A DNA stretch of 64,000 bases, from the NCBI RefSeq assembly GCF_006345805.1, contig NC_043008.1, positions 24,552,001-24,616,000 of the forward strand, in the 5' to 3' direction. The DNA is from Octopus sinensis (Eukaryota). This document shows, in pieces, positions 13,842-26,700 of the stretch. The notes under the pieces were generated by a model, which did not search any database, had not been told where the DNA came from, and worked only from the letters and a program-made list of their open reading frames with translations. The first letter of the stretch is position 1, and the number at the start of each line of letters is the position of its first letter. A program made the position numbers and the translations under genes.

Positions 13842-14512
13842 ATATATAACATATACACACACATACACATACATATACACACACACACACATACTACACA
13901 CATACCACACATATACATACATCTACATACACATATACACATATACATATACATATACACATACACACACATATATACATGTGTGCAAACATACATACAT
14001 TTCTCATATTCTCAGTTTGGTTGGATTACTTAGAGAATATTTTCCCTCAGACATTGTTTACTATAAAAATAATGGTCCTTTTACCATACTGAATACTTGG
14101 GTGAAATTGATTAATAAAACTAACTACTTTACTCCTCAATTGTTTTGTTTTTCATTGATTTGATGATATAGTATGTGTGTGTATATAATGGGGTGTATGT
14201 TATATGTACATGTATGTAATGTGTATGTAGTATGTATAGATATATTCTATATATATATATGTATGTGTGGTGTGGGTGTATATATTATATATATATAATA
14301 TTATATATATAGGGCTAATGTATGTGTGTGTATATGTGTATATGTTGTATTGTGTATGTTTATGTATATGTATGTATATGTATATGTATATGTAGGTATG
14401 TAGAGTTAGGTGTATGTGCAGGTATGTGAGTGTAGATACAAAATGTAGATGTGTATTATGTGTGTTGTGTGATATATACATGTATATAGGTATATGTATG
14501 TGTGTGTATATG

Positions 14513-14552
<40 letters not shown>

Positions 14553-14959
14553 TATATGTATATGCGAGTATGTAGAGATATAAGTATGTGCATGTGTATA
14601 TGTATATGTGTGTATATATATGTATGGGTATGGTGTATGTGTATGTATGTATGTAGTATATATATGTAGGTTGGTGTGTGTATGTATTGCATATACGTAT
14701 GTATGTATGTATGTATGTATATTGTATGTATATATGTGTGTAAGTGTGTGGTATATATGTAAATGTACGTGTGTCTGCTTGTAATGAGAATGTATGTATG
14801 TTTGCACACAGTATATATGTGTGTGTATGTGTATATGTATATGTATATGTGTATATGTGTGTGTATATGTATGTATATGTGTATGTATGTGTGTATGTAT
14901 GTGTGTGTGTGTATATGTATGGTATGTGTGTGTATATGTATATATATATATAATGTATG

Positions 14960-15000
<41 letters not shown>

Positions 15001-15013
15001 ATATGTATGTATA

Positions 15014-15054
<41 letters not shown>

Positions 15055-15338
15055 TGTGTGTGTGTGTGTATACATGTGTGTATGTGTATGTATGTATGTA
15101 TATATATGCGTGTGTATGTGTATGTGTATGTACATATGCGCGTACGCTCGTGTGTTTATGCATATGTAGGTACGTAGAGTTATTATGTATGTATTTATAT
15201 GTACATGTGTGTAAGTATGTATATATATGTATATATGTATGTGTATGTGTGTGTGTGTATATATATATATGTATGAGTATATGTATGTATGTGTATGTGT
15301 ATATATGTATGTATATGTATATATATATATATATATAT

Positions 15339-15745
15339 ACCAATTAAGGACTGAACACAAAAAGTGGACAGTCAACATGCTAGATAAGACGTCAAATCGC
15401 CATTCTCCACAAAGATTTTGTTCTCAAATAAAAATAAAATTCAGCACGACCTAAAGCAAGGATGAGAAAAAGAAATATACTAAATGGAATAATTATTCCA
15501 TTTAGTATATTTCTTTTGTCTCATCCATTGCTTTAGGTCGTGCTGAATTTTATTTTTTATTTGAGAAAAAAATCTTTGTGGAGAATGGCGATTTGACGTC
15601 TATATCTAGCATGTTGACTGTCCACTTTTTCGTGTTCAGTCCTTAATTGGTATATATAATATTTTAATCTTCGGATACTTTTTAATGTGCTAGACCACTG
15701 GTTTTAATTGACTAATATCAATTTCTACCCTAATTTTTAAATATA
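15339..15745. repeat. Family A palindrome plus tail, copy 2
   Basis: Same sequence as 3901-4330 with scattered 1-nt indels; centre GGAATAA|TTATTCC at 15492/15493; flanked by (TA)n. Confidence 0.95.
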
Positions 15746-16154
15746 TAATATAATATATATATATATTTGTGTGTGGGTAAGTTTATATGTATGTATCCGT
15801 CTATATAATAGGAAACAGCACGTACATATACTAATTTATATATTATATTTTTGAGTATGCATGTACGAATAACTGCGCGTATAATATTTTACTATTTACT
15901 TATTTTTTGAGTATGCATGTAAGTATGAATATAAGGAGACGCGTGTGTGTGTTGTATGTGTAAGCATAGATATATGTATACTTTTACGCATGTGTGTACT
16001 TATGTGTATATATGGATGCGCGCGTGTGTGTAGTGTGTATGGGTACGCATGTACATGTGTATGTGCGGTGTAGTGTATATATTATAGGTATATGTGTGTG
16101 TATGGCGTATGTGTGTGTATATGTGTGTGTGTGTATATTGTGTATATATGTATG

Positions 16155-16203
<49 letters not shown>

Positions 16204-17283
16204 ATTTGTATGTAGGTGTATATGTATGTGTGTGTATTATATTTATTGGTGTATATATATAGACTAGCCTTCTAAGAGTGTAGACATAAATCTGTAGGTA
16301 CGCGTACGTATGTGTATATACGTGAATGTATGTAGATGGATGTATGATGAATATAACGCGTGCGGCGTGTATGTGTATGAGTGTACGAATGAGTGAGAGT
16401 ATGTGCTAAGAGAGTGTGCGTGAGTGAATGAGTGCTTGTTTTCCAGTAGTAGACAGATAAATGGACTGGCTGTCATAGCCAGATGTTTGTGACCAAGCGG
16501 CCAAAGATAACAAAAGTAATAAACGAAGATAATAAAATTAAAATTAGGGAATGGGTCTGTTTATATGTGTATATATATGTGTGTATGTGTAGGTTTGCAT
16601 AGGTACACATATGTATATATATACATGTATGTATATGTATTATGTGTGGATATGTGTGTGTATGTGTATATATGTGTATATAGGGATAGTGTGCTGTGTG
16701 TGCATGTGTGTGTGTGGATATGTGTGTGTATGCGTGTATGTGAGTATGTGTGTGTATGTGTATATATATTTTTCTGTGCGTATATGTATGTGAGGTCGTG
16801 TGTGTATATATACAGTGTGTATACGTGTATGCATGTGAGTGTGGTATGTATACATATATATGTGTAGTGTAGATATGTATATGTATGTGTATGTGTAAGT
16901 GTATATATATGTGTATATATATGTGTGTGTTGTTTATGTGTGTATGTATATGTATATATGTTTGTATGTGTGTGTATGTATGTATACATGTGTGCATAGG
17001 TATAAGTGAGAATCCCTATTTACCTAAAACTCTATTCCCCCCTTTTTTTTTCTTTTTTTTTTATATATAGTTTTTTTATAGATAGGTTTTTTATTTTTTT
17101 ATTTTTATTTTTTTATTTTTATTATTTTATTTTTTATATTTATTCTTCTATCTAATTTAACACTGACTCCTTGACCACTCCCCCAAGTATGATATTTCGC
17201 GCTATGCCTACCCCCAAAAAAGTCCCCACCGTTAAACCGCCTAAATGTATAAATGTATAAAGCCAATACAATTCTTGTTAACT

Positions 17284-17331
17284 AGCCCTGAAGATTTCTC
17301 TTGAAGGAAACAGTTCTAGTCTGTAGAAGCT
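17284..17331 (+). ncRNA. Hammerhead motif, inverted partner of 11826-11876
   Basis: agcc-CTGAAGA-tttc(tctt)gaag-GAAA-cag(ttctagt)ctg-TA-gaagct; stem I is damaged by an indel. Confidence 0.6.
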
Positions 17332-17385
17332 CCATCTATATAATAAATTAATATATATATTATATATAATAATATATATATATTT

Positions 17386-17687
17386 TATCAATATGGGTAG
17401 CAAAAAAATTCAACAAAAATTCAAGAAAATTTTCTGCAACCATCGGTCAAGTGCGGAAAATAGAAATAGTCACAGGACTATATAATATATTCAAAAGTAT
17501 TAAGGAATGACCCTTACAGGTCGTTCAACTCACTTGAAAAGAGCAGCCAACTCAAACGCAAAAATAGTAGTAATGCTGAAAGCTAAAGCTCCTTTAGCTT
17601 TCAGAATTACTACTATTTTTGCGTTTGAGTTTGCTTCTCTTTCAAGTGAGTTAACTGGACCTGTAAGGGTCATTCCTAATACTGTTG

Positions 17688-17688
<1 letters not shown>
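17386..17688. repeat. Fold-back element (family C): tail plus imperfect palindrome ~17495-17688, in (TA)n
   Basis: taaggaatgacccttacaggtc..aaagctaaag|ctcctttagcttt..gacctgtaagggtcattcctaatac. A non-inverted relative lies at 60182-60417. Confidence 0.88.
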
Positions 17689-17722
<34 letters not shown>

Positions 17723-17752
17723 GCGAGAAAGAAGCAACAAGAATGGATAGGT

Positions 17753-17843
17753 TTTTAGTACAATCGTTTCATACAAGGACAGACTTTATTAAAAGTTGCA
17801 AAAATTACAGCATATAAACGTGTCCCGTACTCATCAGCTAAAA
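17753..17843 (-). ncRNA. Type I hammerhead ribozyme (intact core)
   Basis: TTTTAG-CTGATGA-GTACGGGACA..TGTCCTTGTAT-GAAA-C(GATT)G-TA-CTAAAA. Confidence 0.88.
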
Positions 17844-19286
17844 TACATGTGAGTTCTCTAGACATCCTAGGGTTGAGGCTATACTCATGAAGTGATGTAG
17901 ATAATTAAGTAACATAAACAGATTTCCAAAGTTCATTAAAGTTCTTTAAAGATGATGTACAGTCTTATCACAGAATTTTAAAAAAGTTTTAATAGCATCA
18001 CAGAGAAGGTGACCTAATCCATAGTGCACATATGAATTTCCAGAGATATGAGGAGGGATACATACAATCAGACGACAAATTTATCCATTGTTAATCACAA
18101 CGAGGTGGGTCTCAATTCCTGCTTATTAGCATTACAAGAGGGTGAATTAATCCTTTGTATAGATGCACAATTTCCAATGGTGTAGATGTAAATTTCCAGA
18201 GAAAAAGAGAGAGGAATTCATATTCACAGGCGATAAATTTATCAATGGTTGAACACACTGAGGTAGGTATCAATTCTTGTTATATGATTAGGTATTTGCC
18301 ACATTAATCACATTACTGCTATTTACAAGAGGCTGTAGCTATTTAACTTTTAAAGGCTGAAGGGCTTTCTAGAGAGGCAAAGAACAGAAAAGGGAAGGGA
18401 AGAGAAGGAAAGAGAGAAAATAAAGGAGGAGGGAGCAAAAGGGGGGGGGGAGGGGGACTAAGAGAAGAGAAAAGGAAAAAGAGAATAAGAAGAAGAAAAA
18501 GAAAAAAGAGAAAAGAGAAAGAAATAGGGAAGAAGGAAAAAAAAAGAAAAAGAAAAAAAGAGGGTTCTAGTATACAGAAGAATTAGTAGACGGCAAGTCT
18601 GGTTTTAATTTACAGGCATCTAGGAACTAGAGGAGAATATTATTCTTTGACCAGTAAAACAGCTAATTTATTGCTGTTGAAATCAGCTATGAATTTAAAG
18701 AGAATCTAAAGAGATAACACGGTCAGGGGGTTAGGGGTCAGAGGCTAAAATCAAAAGAAAATACATTAGAAAAATCTAAGTATAATCTTATCAAAAAGTC
18801 ATTAAAATTTATTTATTTAACTTATTCATTTTATTGTCTTAAGGAGTTGCCGTTATTATTCATACGTTGACGGACTACAGGTCAAATCTTAGAAGATCAT
18901 TTACAAGGTGTTAGGGAATTGTCTATCATAATGAAGATAATCATATTATCACCGAGGGAGTAGCCTTATTTATTTAATTTTGAAATAGAATTATGGGGCT
19001 TTAGTAACTCATTTTATTTTATTAAAGTTATGCTACTTAAATCAGTTAAGTTAAGAATTAAAATAAAAATTACAATTAAGATTTAAAATTATGAGTTTGA
19101 AATTAAATAAAGCCTCAATTAAGCAGCGTATAAGTACTATTCATTTCCCTGTTCTCAAAAAACTGATGCAGATATAAGGAAAAAGATAACTGTAGTGTGA
19201 GAACTCTTAGTTATCTACTTAAAGCAGTGCTATACTAGTAAAAATCAAGTTATATCTATCTATCTATCTAGTTACGGATATTCTAA

Positions 19287-21761
19287 TCATTTAAAATATT
19301 TTAAAGTCTTCAATTTAGCGTGGGCACAAACTTGACCTAGTTCGATATGGTTATTCAATAAGTTTCTATGTTTTCTATGCTTTAGAATTTCATACGTCTC
19401 CATGGAGCATAGTTGGCAACCAACCCTACTATTTTTATACGGAATTGCTCTCCTAACTATTTCCCAATTAAGGTTATAATTGTTATTATTATTTTTGAGT
19501 TCCCAGATTTTGTTTGAAAGTGTGGTGGTACCAGCTTTATGACGTAATTTAAAAGACGAGATGTGATTTCTAACTCTGGCTAGAAAATTAATTGTACATC
19601 CAATGTAAAAATATTTGTTATTCTCCGTGGATATGGTACTTTATAGATTACATTATTTTCCCCGCATAGACCAGGTGCCGGGCATTTTGATTTTATTCTA
19701 CACTTACACACAGGAGGAACAACTTCAGGTTTTGGATTATTCTTGGGTAGATGTCTTAGGTTCCTATTATTTTGATTATCAGATATATATTGTCCTTATT
19801 GTTATTAATATTTCTATAGTTGGTGCTGATATCTAAAGTATTGCTATTATTTATTGATCCTTCTGTTTCATCATTTAGGTCAAAGTCCTACCATGATTTC
19901 TTTATTATTGGTAATGTTACTATTATTGTTAGTTTTATCCGACTGCATATTGTTGTTATAGATATCACTGATATTTTCATTCTCCTTATTTTCTCCATTA
20001 GCCTTATTTCTATTATTTCTATTATTAACATTATTACTTCTATTAATATCGGCATTGTTATTATTACTATTAATGTTAATGTTATTAGTCATTCTGTGGT
20101 TACTAATTTCACCTATGTTTTGATAGTTACTATTGCTGTTTTTATTGTTGGTAGTATTATTATAATTGCTATTGGTATTCATGCTGATATTATTTTTATT
20201 TTTATCTTTCCTGGCTAGTTTAATGTTGTTATTATTAATCTTAGCTATTAAAGTGGACATATTTGGGAGGGTTGAATAAGAAATCCTAACTGTTTTCCTA
20301 GAAATAATTCTATGATATCTATGAGAGATAGGGAAATTTTTTTCCAGAATTACTTTGAATTTGTTCTGTATATCCGATTGTATCGCACAGTTGAAAGGAA
20401 TATTCAGCCATAATATATCTTTTTTATTAAATTTAGGGTTCGTAGAATTATTACTATTCATCTCACCGGAGTTATTGTATTTATTACCATTATTTTTATT
20501 TTATTTGTGTGCATCTTAGGTTTATCTACTTCGATATTATCCGAGTTACCTATGTTCTGGTCAATGCTTCTATTTGAATTGTTGTGCCTGTACGTTAGAT
20601 TAGCGTTTACCGTTAATTTAATTCTACTTTTATTTTCGGGCTTGGTCTGTATTGCTGCTTACGTGATTATTGATAACTTCTTTATTAGGAATACGTGAGT
20701 TCTCCTTATCAACGAATGTAATCTTTTGGTTGTATCCAGCCTTAGTTAACGCCGCATTATAATGCTCAGAATGGGAGTTAGTTAAAATATTGGATTAAAT
20801 ATATTTATTGGATGATAATTAGAATGAAATATTTCTTACTAAAGATTCAATTATATTTGGGGGATGATTTGATAATTTATTTACATAATTCGTGATTTCG
20901 CCTTCCTTTCTAAATGGTAATGCAGCTTGGAGTTAAGGTCTAGCGTAATATCTAGGAAGTTAACTATTTTAGTGCCCGGTTCATACGTTATACTGAGGTT
21001 GAAATCCTTAAAGAACTTATTAATTTTCTTTCTAATCCTTTCTATAACAGATTTATTATTACTAGGGATAACAAACAGAGCATCATCCCTATATAGCCCC
21101 CCCTGTATTTCTGGGATATCCTTGCTTATGCATTTTAATAGATATGCGCCTACTAGGTTGGTTACCTCAGCCGAATCACTGGAACCCATTGTATATCAAA
21201 ATATTAGGGTACTGCTCTAGTCCAAATTTATCTTCAAATTCTAAAATGTCTTCCTAGCTAGTAGCACATATTGATTTCTTCTCTAGATATGAGGGAGCGA
21301 TTCATGGCAATATTAGTGATTTTTGAGTAAGATAGGGGAAATACTAGAGTAATAACTTTAATATCGAACTGAATAAAGGACAGACTACTAGTATTAGTTA
21401 GAAAGTTAAACCATTTATTAAACTTCTTCCGTACTTAGCCATAGGTTTAAGGGGAGAAGAGGGTTATTTGGGGTAGAACAGTATCCAGGATAGATTTACT
21501 AAGTCGGCCAATGTCCGACTTAGTTGGACAGATCAGCCTTACCGAAGGGTTTTCCAAGAAATTCTTTTTGTGGTCTTTAAGGTTGATCCTGGGCTCACAC
21601 GGTTTAAGTGGCTCTGTTCTATCCGTTAAATTTAGTTTCTCCATGATCTCTTTCATTTCCAGGTTTACTTTTTTCAAATTGTTCTTAGTCGTAATTTTAT
21701 ATTTGGAGTTTAGTTCCTTCCTAATTAATTTGCTATAAATATCGTAATCAACTCTATACAC
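19287..21761 (-). pseudogene. PLE ORF remnant: reverse transcriptase plus GIY-YIG endonuclease (frameshifts and stops)
   Basis: LKDHKKNF..RLICPTKSDIG; MGSSDSAEVTNLVG..GLYRDD..NFLDITLDL; CKCR..CP..C..VIYK..FYIGCT..RVRNH..WEIV..CQLC..E..LLN..CAH; TGA at 19287-19289. Confidence 0.93.
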
Positions 21762-21866
21762 TTTGGAACTTAATGAACTTTGGAAATCTGTTTATGTTAC
21801 TTAATTATCTACATCACTTCATGAGTATAGCCTCAACCACTAGGATGTCTAGTGAACTCACATGTA

Positions 21867-21957
21867 TTTTAGCTGATGAGTACGGGACACGTTTATATGC
21901 TGTAATTTTTGCAACTTTTAATAAAGCCTGTCCTTGTATGAAACGATTGTACTAAAA
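21867..21957 (+). ncRNA. Type I hammerhead ribozyme (intact core)
   Basis: Stem I 21867-72/21952-57, CTGATGA 21873-79, stem II 21880-89/21929-39, GAAA 21940-43, GTA 21949-51. Confidence 0.88.
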
Positions 21958-22467
21958 CCTATCCATTCTTGTTGTTTCTTTCTCGCTTATAATCACCCAC
22001 ATTACTGTATTGTTAAAACAGTATAGTTTTTTTTGGTGCATCTAAGTAGGTACCATATTCAAGTAAATTCATTTAAATTAACTTGAATCTTTATTGCTTT
22101 TTGTACATATATATATATATATATATATGAAGATAAAATTTTGATAGGTATTAAATAATCACCTAAGGGCTATTAAATAAACTAAAACTTACTGTTTTTA
22201 CCTATATAAATAACAATGCTATGAACAATCGCTCATAACAAATAGATAAATAAATAAACAAAATAAACAAACAGTTTATCAAAGTATAAATATATTGGCC
22301 CGTCATCTGCGTGTAAACAATCACCGGTTGTCTATTATGAAGTGCTATCCCGATGCAAATGCATATATCCATTTCGCAGTGACGAAAAGTCACTGAGATC
22401 GAAAAATTGTAAACAAGCAGTAATAAATCGCTGAGCGAGGTATACCCATAAATGTACGACATCGTGA

Positions 22468-22810
22468 AGTATATTTGTGGCTAACACTTAAGGGCGGATG
22501 CTACTGTAGCTTGTAGCTCCAGCAGGACACTTCCTTTAGCTGGCCATTGACACACTTTCTGTGCCCTATATTTGCATCGACATAGAACTTCACATCGACA
22601 TCGGTGATTGTCACACGCTGATTACGGGTCAATATCCAGAAACCCGGATCCATGTGCATCACGTCAGGTTGAAGATGGGAAGAATGACTTCCCTTTACAA
22701 ATTCTGATAGGGTGTCAATAGCTAGCTGGGGGGGGTATCCTCCTGGGGCTACAAGCTACAGTAGAATCTACCCTTAAGAGTTAGCCACATTTACGTGGCA
22801 AATATACTTA
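22468..22810. mobile_element. MITE with ~60-75-bp terminal inverted repeats
   Basis: tgtggctaacacttaagggcggatgctactgtagcttgtagctccagcagga is the near reverse complement of tcctcctggggctacaagctacagtagaatctacccttaagagttagccaca; non-coding interior. Confidence 0.8.
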
Positions 22811-22821
22811 TATATATATAT

Positions 22822-22855
<34 letters not shown>

Positions 22856-22983
22856 ATATATATAATATATATATTATATATTATATATATGTATAAGTAA
22901 ACTTGTGTATGTGAATATGCATATATGTATACGTCCGTGTATGTGTATGCATGTATACAAAAATGGATGGATGTACGTGTGTC

Positions 22984-23024
<41 letters not shown>

Positions 23025-23034
23025 TATATAATAT

Positions 23035-23232
23035 TTTCTACTCTAGGTACAAGGCCCAAACTTTTTGGGAAGGGGGCCAGTCGAATAGATCGACTCCTGA
23101 ACGCAACTGGTAATTAATTTGTCGGCGCCGAAAGCATGAAGGGCAAATTCGACCGCGGAAGAATTTGAACTTAGAAGGTAAAGACAGATGAAATACCGCT
23201 ACGCATTTCGCCCGGCGTGCAAGCTCGCTGCC
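23035..23232 (-). mobile_element. tRNA-derived SINE with a Meta-type central domain
   Basis: Minus strand gcacgccgggcgaaatgcgtagcggtatttc..taagttcaaattc..gtcgaatttgcccttcatgctttcggcgccgacaaattaattaccagttgcg..gggccttgtacctagagtagaaa. Confidence 0.75.
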
Positions 23233-23690
23233 TTTATAAACATATATATTGTGAAAAACAGCTCATCGATGAGCCTTATGGTTCACTGCTTCCAAGCCTA
23301 CTATTGCTGCCAAACCTAATTCAAACTAATAACGGAGTGAAGTTCTTCTTCGAGCAATGCCATATGTATACACCCTGTAGAGATTGTATTAATAATGAAT
23401 AAATCATAGCATATAAATATGCAAAAATATGCATGTAATGCGATTGAGACACGTATCGGACAATTGTCATGAATAAACCAACGGTAAATAAGCTTAAACT
23501 TAGAATGTTCAAAAACTTCATTCAACTTATTATCAATATTGTACTTTACATTCTACGTAGTAAGAAAAAACTGTAACATCGGATGGGAGTTAAAGGAAAT
23601 TTACCATAAAACGCATCAACTGAAGGAACCAGCCTGGAATTTTACAAAGAGAAATTCAGTTTCAGCCTGGATATTAAACCAATCCTGTTA

Positions 23691-23744
<54 letters not shown>

Positions 23745-24429
23745 CACACACACGCACACACACACATATACATACCTGTATATATGTATACATTTGATTT
23801 TTGTATTCAATTTGAAAACCACTTTTGATGACTTCAGTGTGACTTGGGCAACCTACATCATCCACATTATTTATTTTATCCATCTGTGTTTTTTGATTGA
23901 ATGGGATAGGAGGAACATGTGATACAAATAGACTCATTACATCGCGGTTCACCACTGGCAGATAAATGCACTCCCCCATATATGGAAGTGGAGGGAACGA
24001 TTCTAAGAATCAAACAGAATCCCCTGGGCAATCGGGTGGCAGACAGAACAATGCTTAGATTTAGTATGCAAATTAAAATTACTACGCTCCAGAAAATCTA
24101 GGGATGGCTATTGTCGATTATATAATAACAATAATTAAAATCAAGAAATGGGAGGTAAAAAATATTTATTTCGCATGTTTCATAATTCACATTCAATTAT
24201 ATCATCGACGTTGATTTTAAGATGCACACCAATTGTGTGTGCGTATACACACACACACAAACATACACTCACGCAAACACACACACACACACATACGTTC
24301 GCACTTATATCGCATTTCACAGCGTATAATGTACTAGAGTTAAGGTTAAGGTTAGCATCAGGGTCGCTAGTACTTTGGAATCAGAAGGCAAATATCATCT
24401 AAATCTACGGTTCATTAAATTAACGTGGG

Positions 24430-25330
24430 TGAATTCCTTTTCACTATCTCATTTTCACTCTTTTGTGGCTACATCAATGATAGCAATGATGTTCGCCCAA
24501 TGACGGAAAAGCTTCCAGTTCCCACTTCATTAAGAAAATTACGTAAACGTCTTGACGTAGGTCTTTTATTTTGCACTGAAAAGACTAACCGTTCGAAGGA
24601 ATTGCTAACATAATCAGAAAAGTAATTTTAAACAAATAATGTTTACAAGATAAAAAGAGAAATTAATTAAGGCAATCTTTGTTAACTCACCCGATACACG
24701 ATGCACATCTTTCTAAAATTGGGGATGCTTCTTACGTAAAAATCGGTGTTGTTTTACAACATATTCAAGGCTCTCAGAAATTTTTGTTCCGTTTTGTTCT
24801 TTTTTGCCATGCCATTAAGACTGGTTGAAACTATATATCGTACTTTCACGAAACTAGACATAGTTATATTATCAGCATATTTATCTGTTAAGCATTTTCT
24901 GGAATGAAAGAACATTGTCCTTTATACTGACCGAAGTCGTTAACTTTTGATCTTGAAATTTAAATCGGATAAACATTCCCGTAGGGAAATTAGACACCTT
25001 GATGTTGCACTGCAGTTTACTGTTGATATTTTTTTAAAGATAGTAATTATACGTCTGATACCCTGTCCCAACATCATGTAGATTTTCTGTACTCAAGCAA
25101 GATTCTATCGATTTGGAAGAAATCGCTACGGATCAAGAATCCGATAAGAATTACTACAACTAAATTACTCTGTCATCTTCTTTAGGAATCCGTCTTGTTC
25201 TTGTATTTGCTTCAAGGACGCATATTTGGTGCGATATTTGCATTGGTCATGAACAACATTGTGTATCGGTTAAATATCGATACTTATTTTTTCCGGTCTT
25301 CACAATATATTTCAACCTATTGACAAAATT
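24430..25330 (+). mobile_element. Degenerate Ty3/Gypsy pol remnant (RT end, RNase H, integrase linker)
   Basis: GYINDSNDVRPMTEKLPVPTSLRKLRK; LTHPIHDAHLSKIGDASYVKIGVVLQ; YTD..KSDKHSRREIRHLDVALQFTVDI; IDLEEIATDQESD. Confidence 0.82.
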
Positions 25331-25452
25331 AACAGAAACTTACATTGATGCTAATACATCTAACGAAGGCACATCTTACCAGAAAACATCAAATTAGCCT
25401 TTACATACAGGAACTAAAAGTGGCAGGAAGTAGGATTAGTTTTCCAAATATG

Positions 25453-25495
<43 letters not shown>

Positions 25496-25561
25496 GTATG
25501 TATATATAATAGGAGTAGCTTGTTCGCAATTTTACAACCGAGAGTCAGAAATATACAACTC

Positions 25562-26066
25562 TTGGCCACAAAAGCACTTATATTGACTGACAAAGGAGGC
25601 AAGCTACCTCAACGCCTAGTCATAGCCAGATTACAGTGATTTCAATTATATATTAATACTCAGTGACTCTCACCAAGCGTCTTTTGTGGTTTAAACTCTT
25701 ATTCGTAGCAATATTGGTGCTGACTGGTATCCTCAGTCTCTTTAGTGACGTATATATTTCTGCCTTTCGGTTGTAAAATCCTGAAGAAGCCAATTTTTAG
25801 TATTTATAATTTTCACTTATACCGTTTAGGAAATTAGCATATGGTGATTTTACGACAATCTTATGAACTGACAAGACGACTTGAGTTTAACCCAATGCTC
25901 TAGGTGAGAGTCACTAACGAGCATTAATATAAATGTGAAATTACTGTGATCTGGTTATGCCTAGGTACTGAGGGAGCTTGCCTCCCTTGTCAGTCATTAT
26001 AATTGCTTTTTGTGGCTTTGAGTTCTTTTAACTCTTATTTCTAGCAATACTGTTGCTGACTAGTGT
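25562..26066. repeat. Old fold-back element (arms ~25562-25675 / 25903-26018) with a 38-bp direct repeat
   Basis: Arms ~75-80% identical by eye; aactcttatt..agcaata..tgctgact at ~25695 and ~26030; HHR-like vestige CTAACGA-gcat/atgt-GAAA at ~25912-25942. Confidence 0.7.
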
Positions 26067-26067
26067 G

Positions 26068-26102
<35 letters not shown>

Positions 26103-26124
26103 ATGTGTGTGTGTATGTGTGTAT

Positions 26125-26168
<44 letters not shown>

Positions 26169-26189
26169 GTGTGTGTGTAAATTTATATT

Positions 26190-26700
26190 AAATGATTGGT
26201 ACGGAAGACGAGTGTAACTAAAAGCTTTATTTAGCACAACAATCATTTCGACTGCCTTCTGAACAGATCCTTCGTGGTTAGAGAACAATGTATAGACATC
26301 AGAGGCATTGCACAGTGCAACGAGCTTCATCAAGTGACGTAGTATGCCTCAGAATTATGAGACTTATATTTCGCTCCAAGTTATTGGTGGTATTATGGTG
26401 TGTTGCTAGTAGTTCACAAACATTGTTGAAGTGAGTATACTTGTAGTCAGGATGTGGTTGATGCGTCACCAATATGTGTGAACAAATAGCATCACACCAT
26501 AATACAACCAGCATCTAACTTAGATCGAAATATACGTCGTATACATTTTGAAGTATATTACATAACCTAATGAGGCTCCCTGCACTGTACGATGCATCTG
26601 ATGTCATTACATCCTCCCCACCCAATGGGAAGCAGTGTAGACACAGCAGTCGAAACGATTGTTGTGCTAAATAAAGCTTCTAGTTACACACATCTACCGA
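26190..26700. repeat. Old ~510-bp palindrome with degenerate outward-facing hammerheads
   Basis: gcagtcgaaa(c/t)gattgttgtgctaaataaagctt.tagttacac on the + strand at ~26647-26690 and on the - strand at ~26200-26245; the inner segments also pair; cores mutated (CTAATGA, TTGATGA). Confidence 0.7.

Larger units (their letters stand above)
11741..17352. repeat. Large inverted duplication: left arm ~11805-14007, right arm ~14784-17352, loop ~775 bp, extra 65-bp tail on the left
   Basis: Unique anchors match in inverted order: 12140/17040, 12640/16540, 12910/16270, 13245/15935, 13625/15170, 13985/14800. The right arm carries the additional family-A palindrome. Confidence 0.92.
17722..22100 (-). mobile_element. 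5'-truncated Penelope-like element with inverted terminal pseudo-LTRs
   Basis: RT and GIY-YIG coding remnant 19287-21761; 17722-17944 and 21766-21990 are inverted copies, each with a hammerhead; the right copy has a ~110-bp extra tail; both ends lie in (TA)n. Confidence 0.93.

Noticed and set aside
12079-17070. Dozens of long ORFs (up to 392 aa) rich in HT/IY/CV
   Set aside because: Translations of (CA)n/(TA)n/(TG)n mosaics, which lack stop codons by composition. The same applies to most short ORFs elsewhere in the track.
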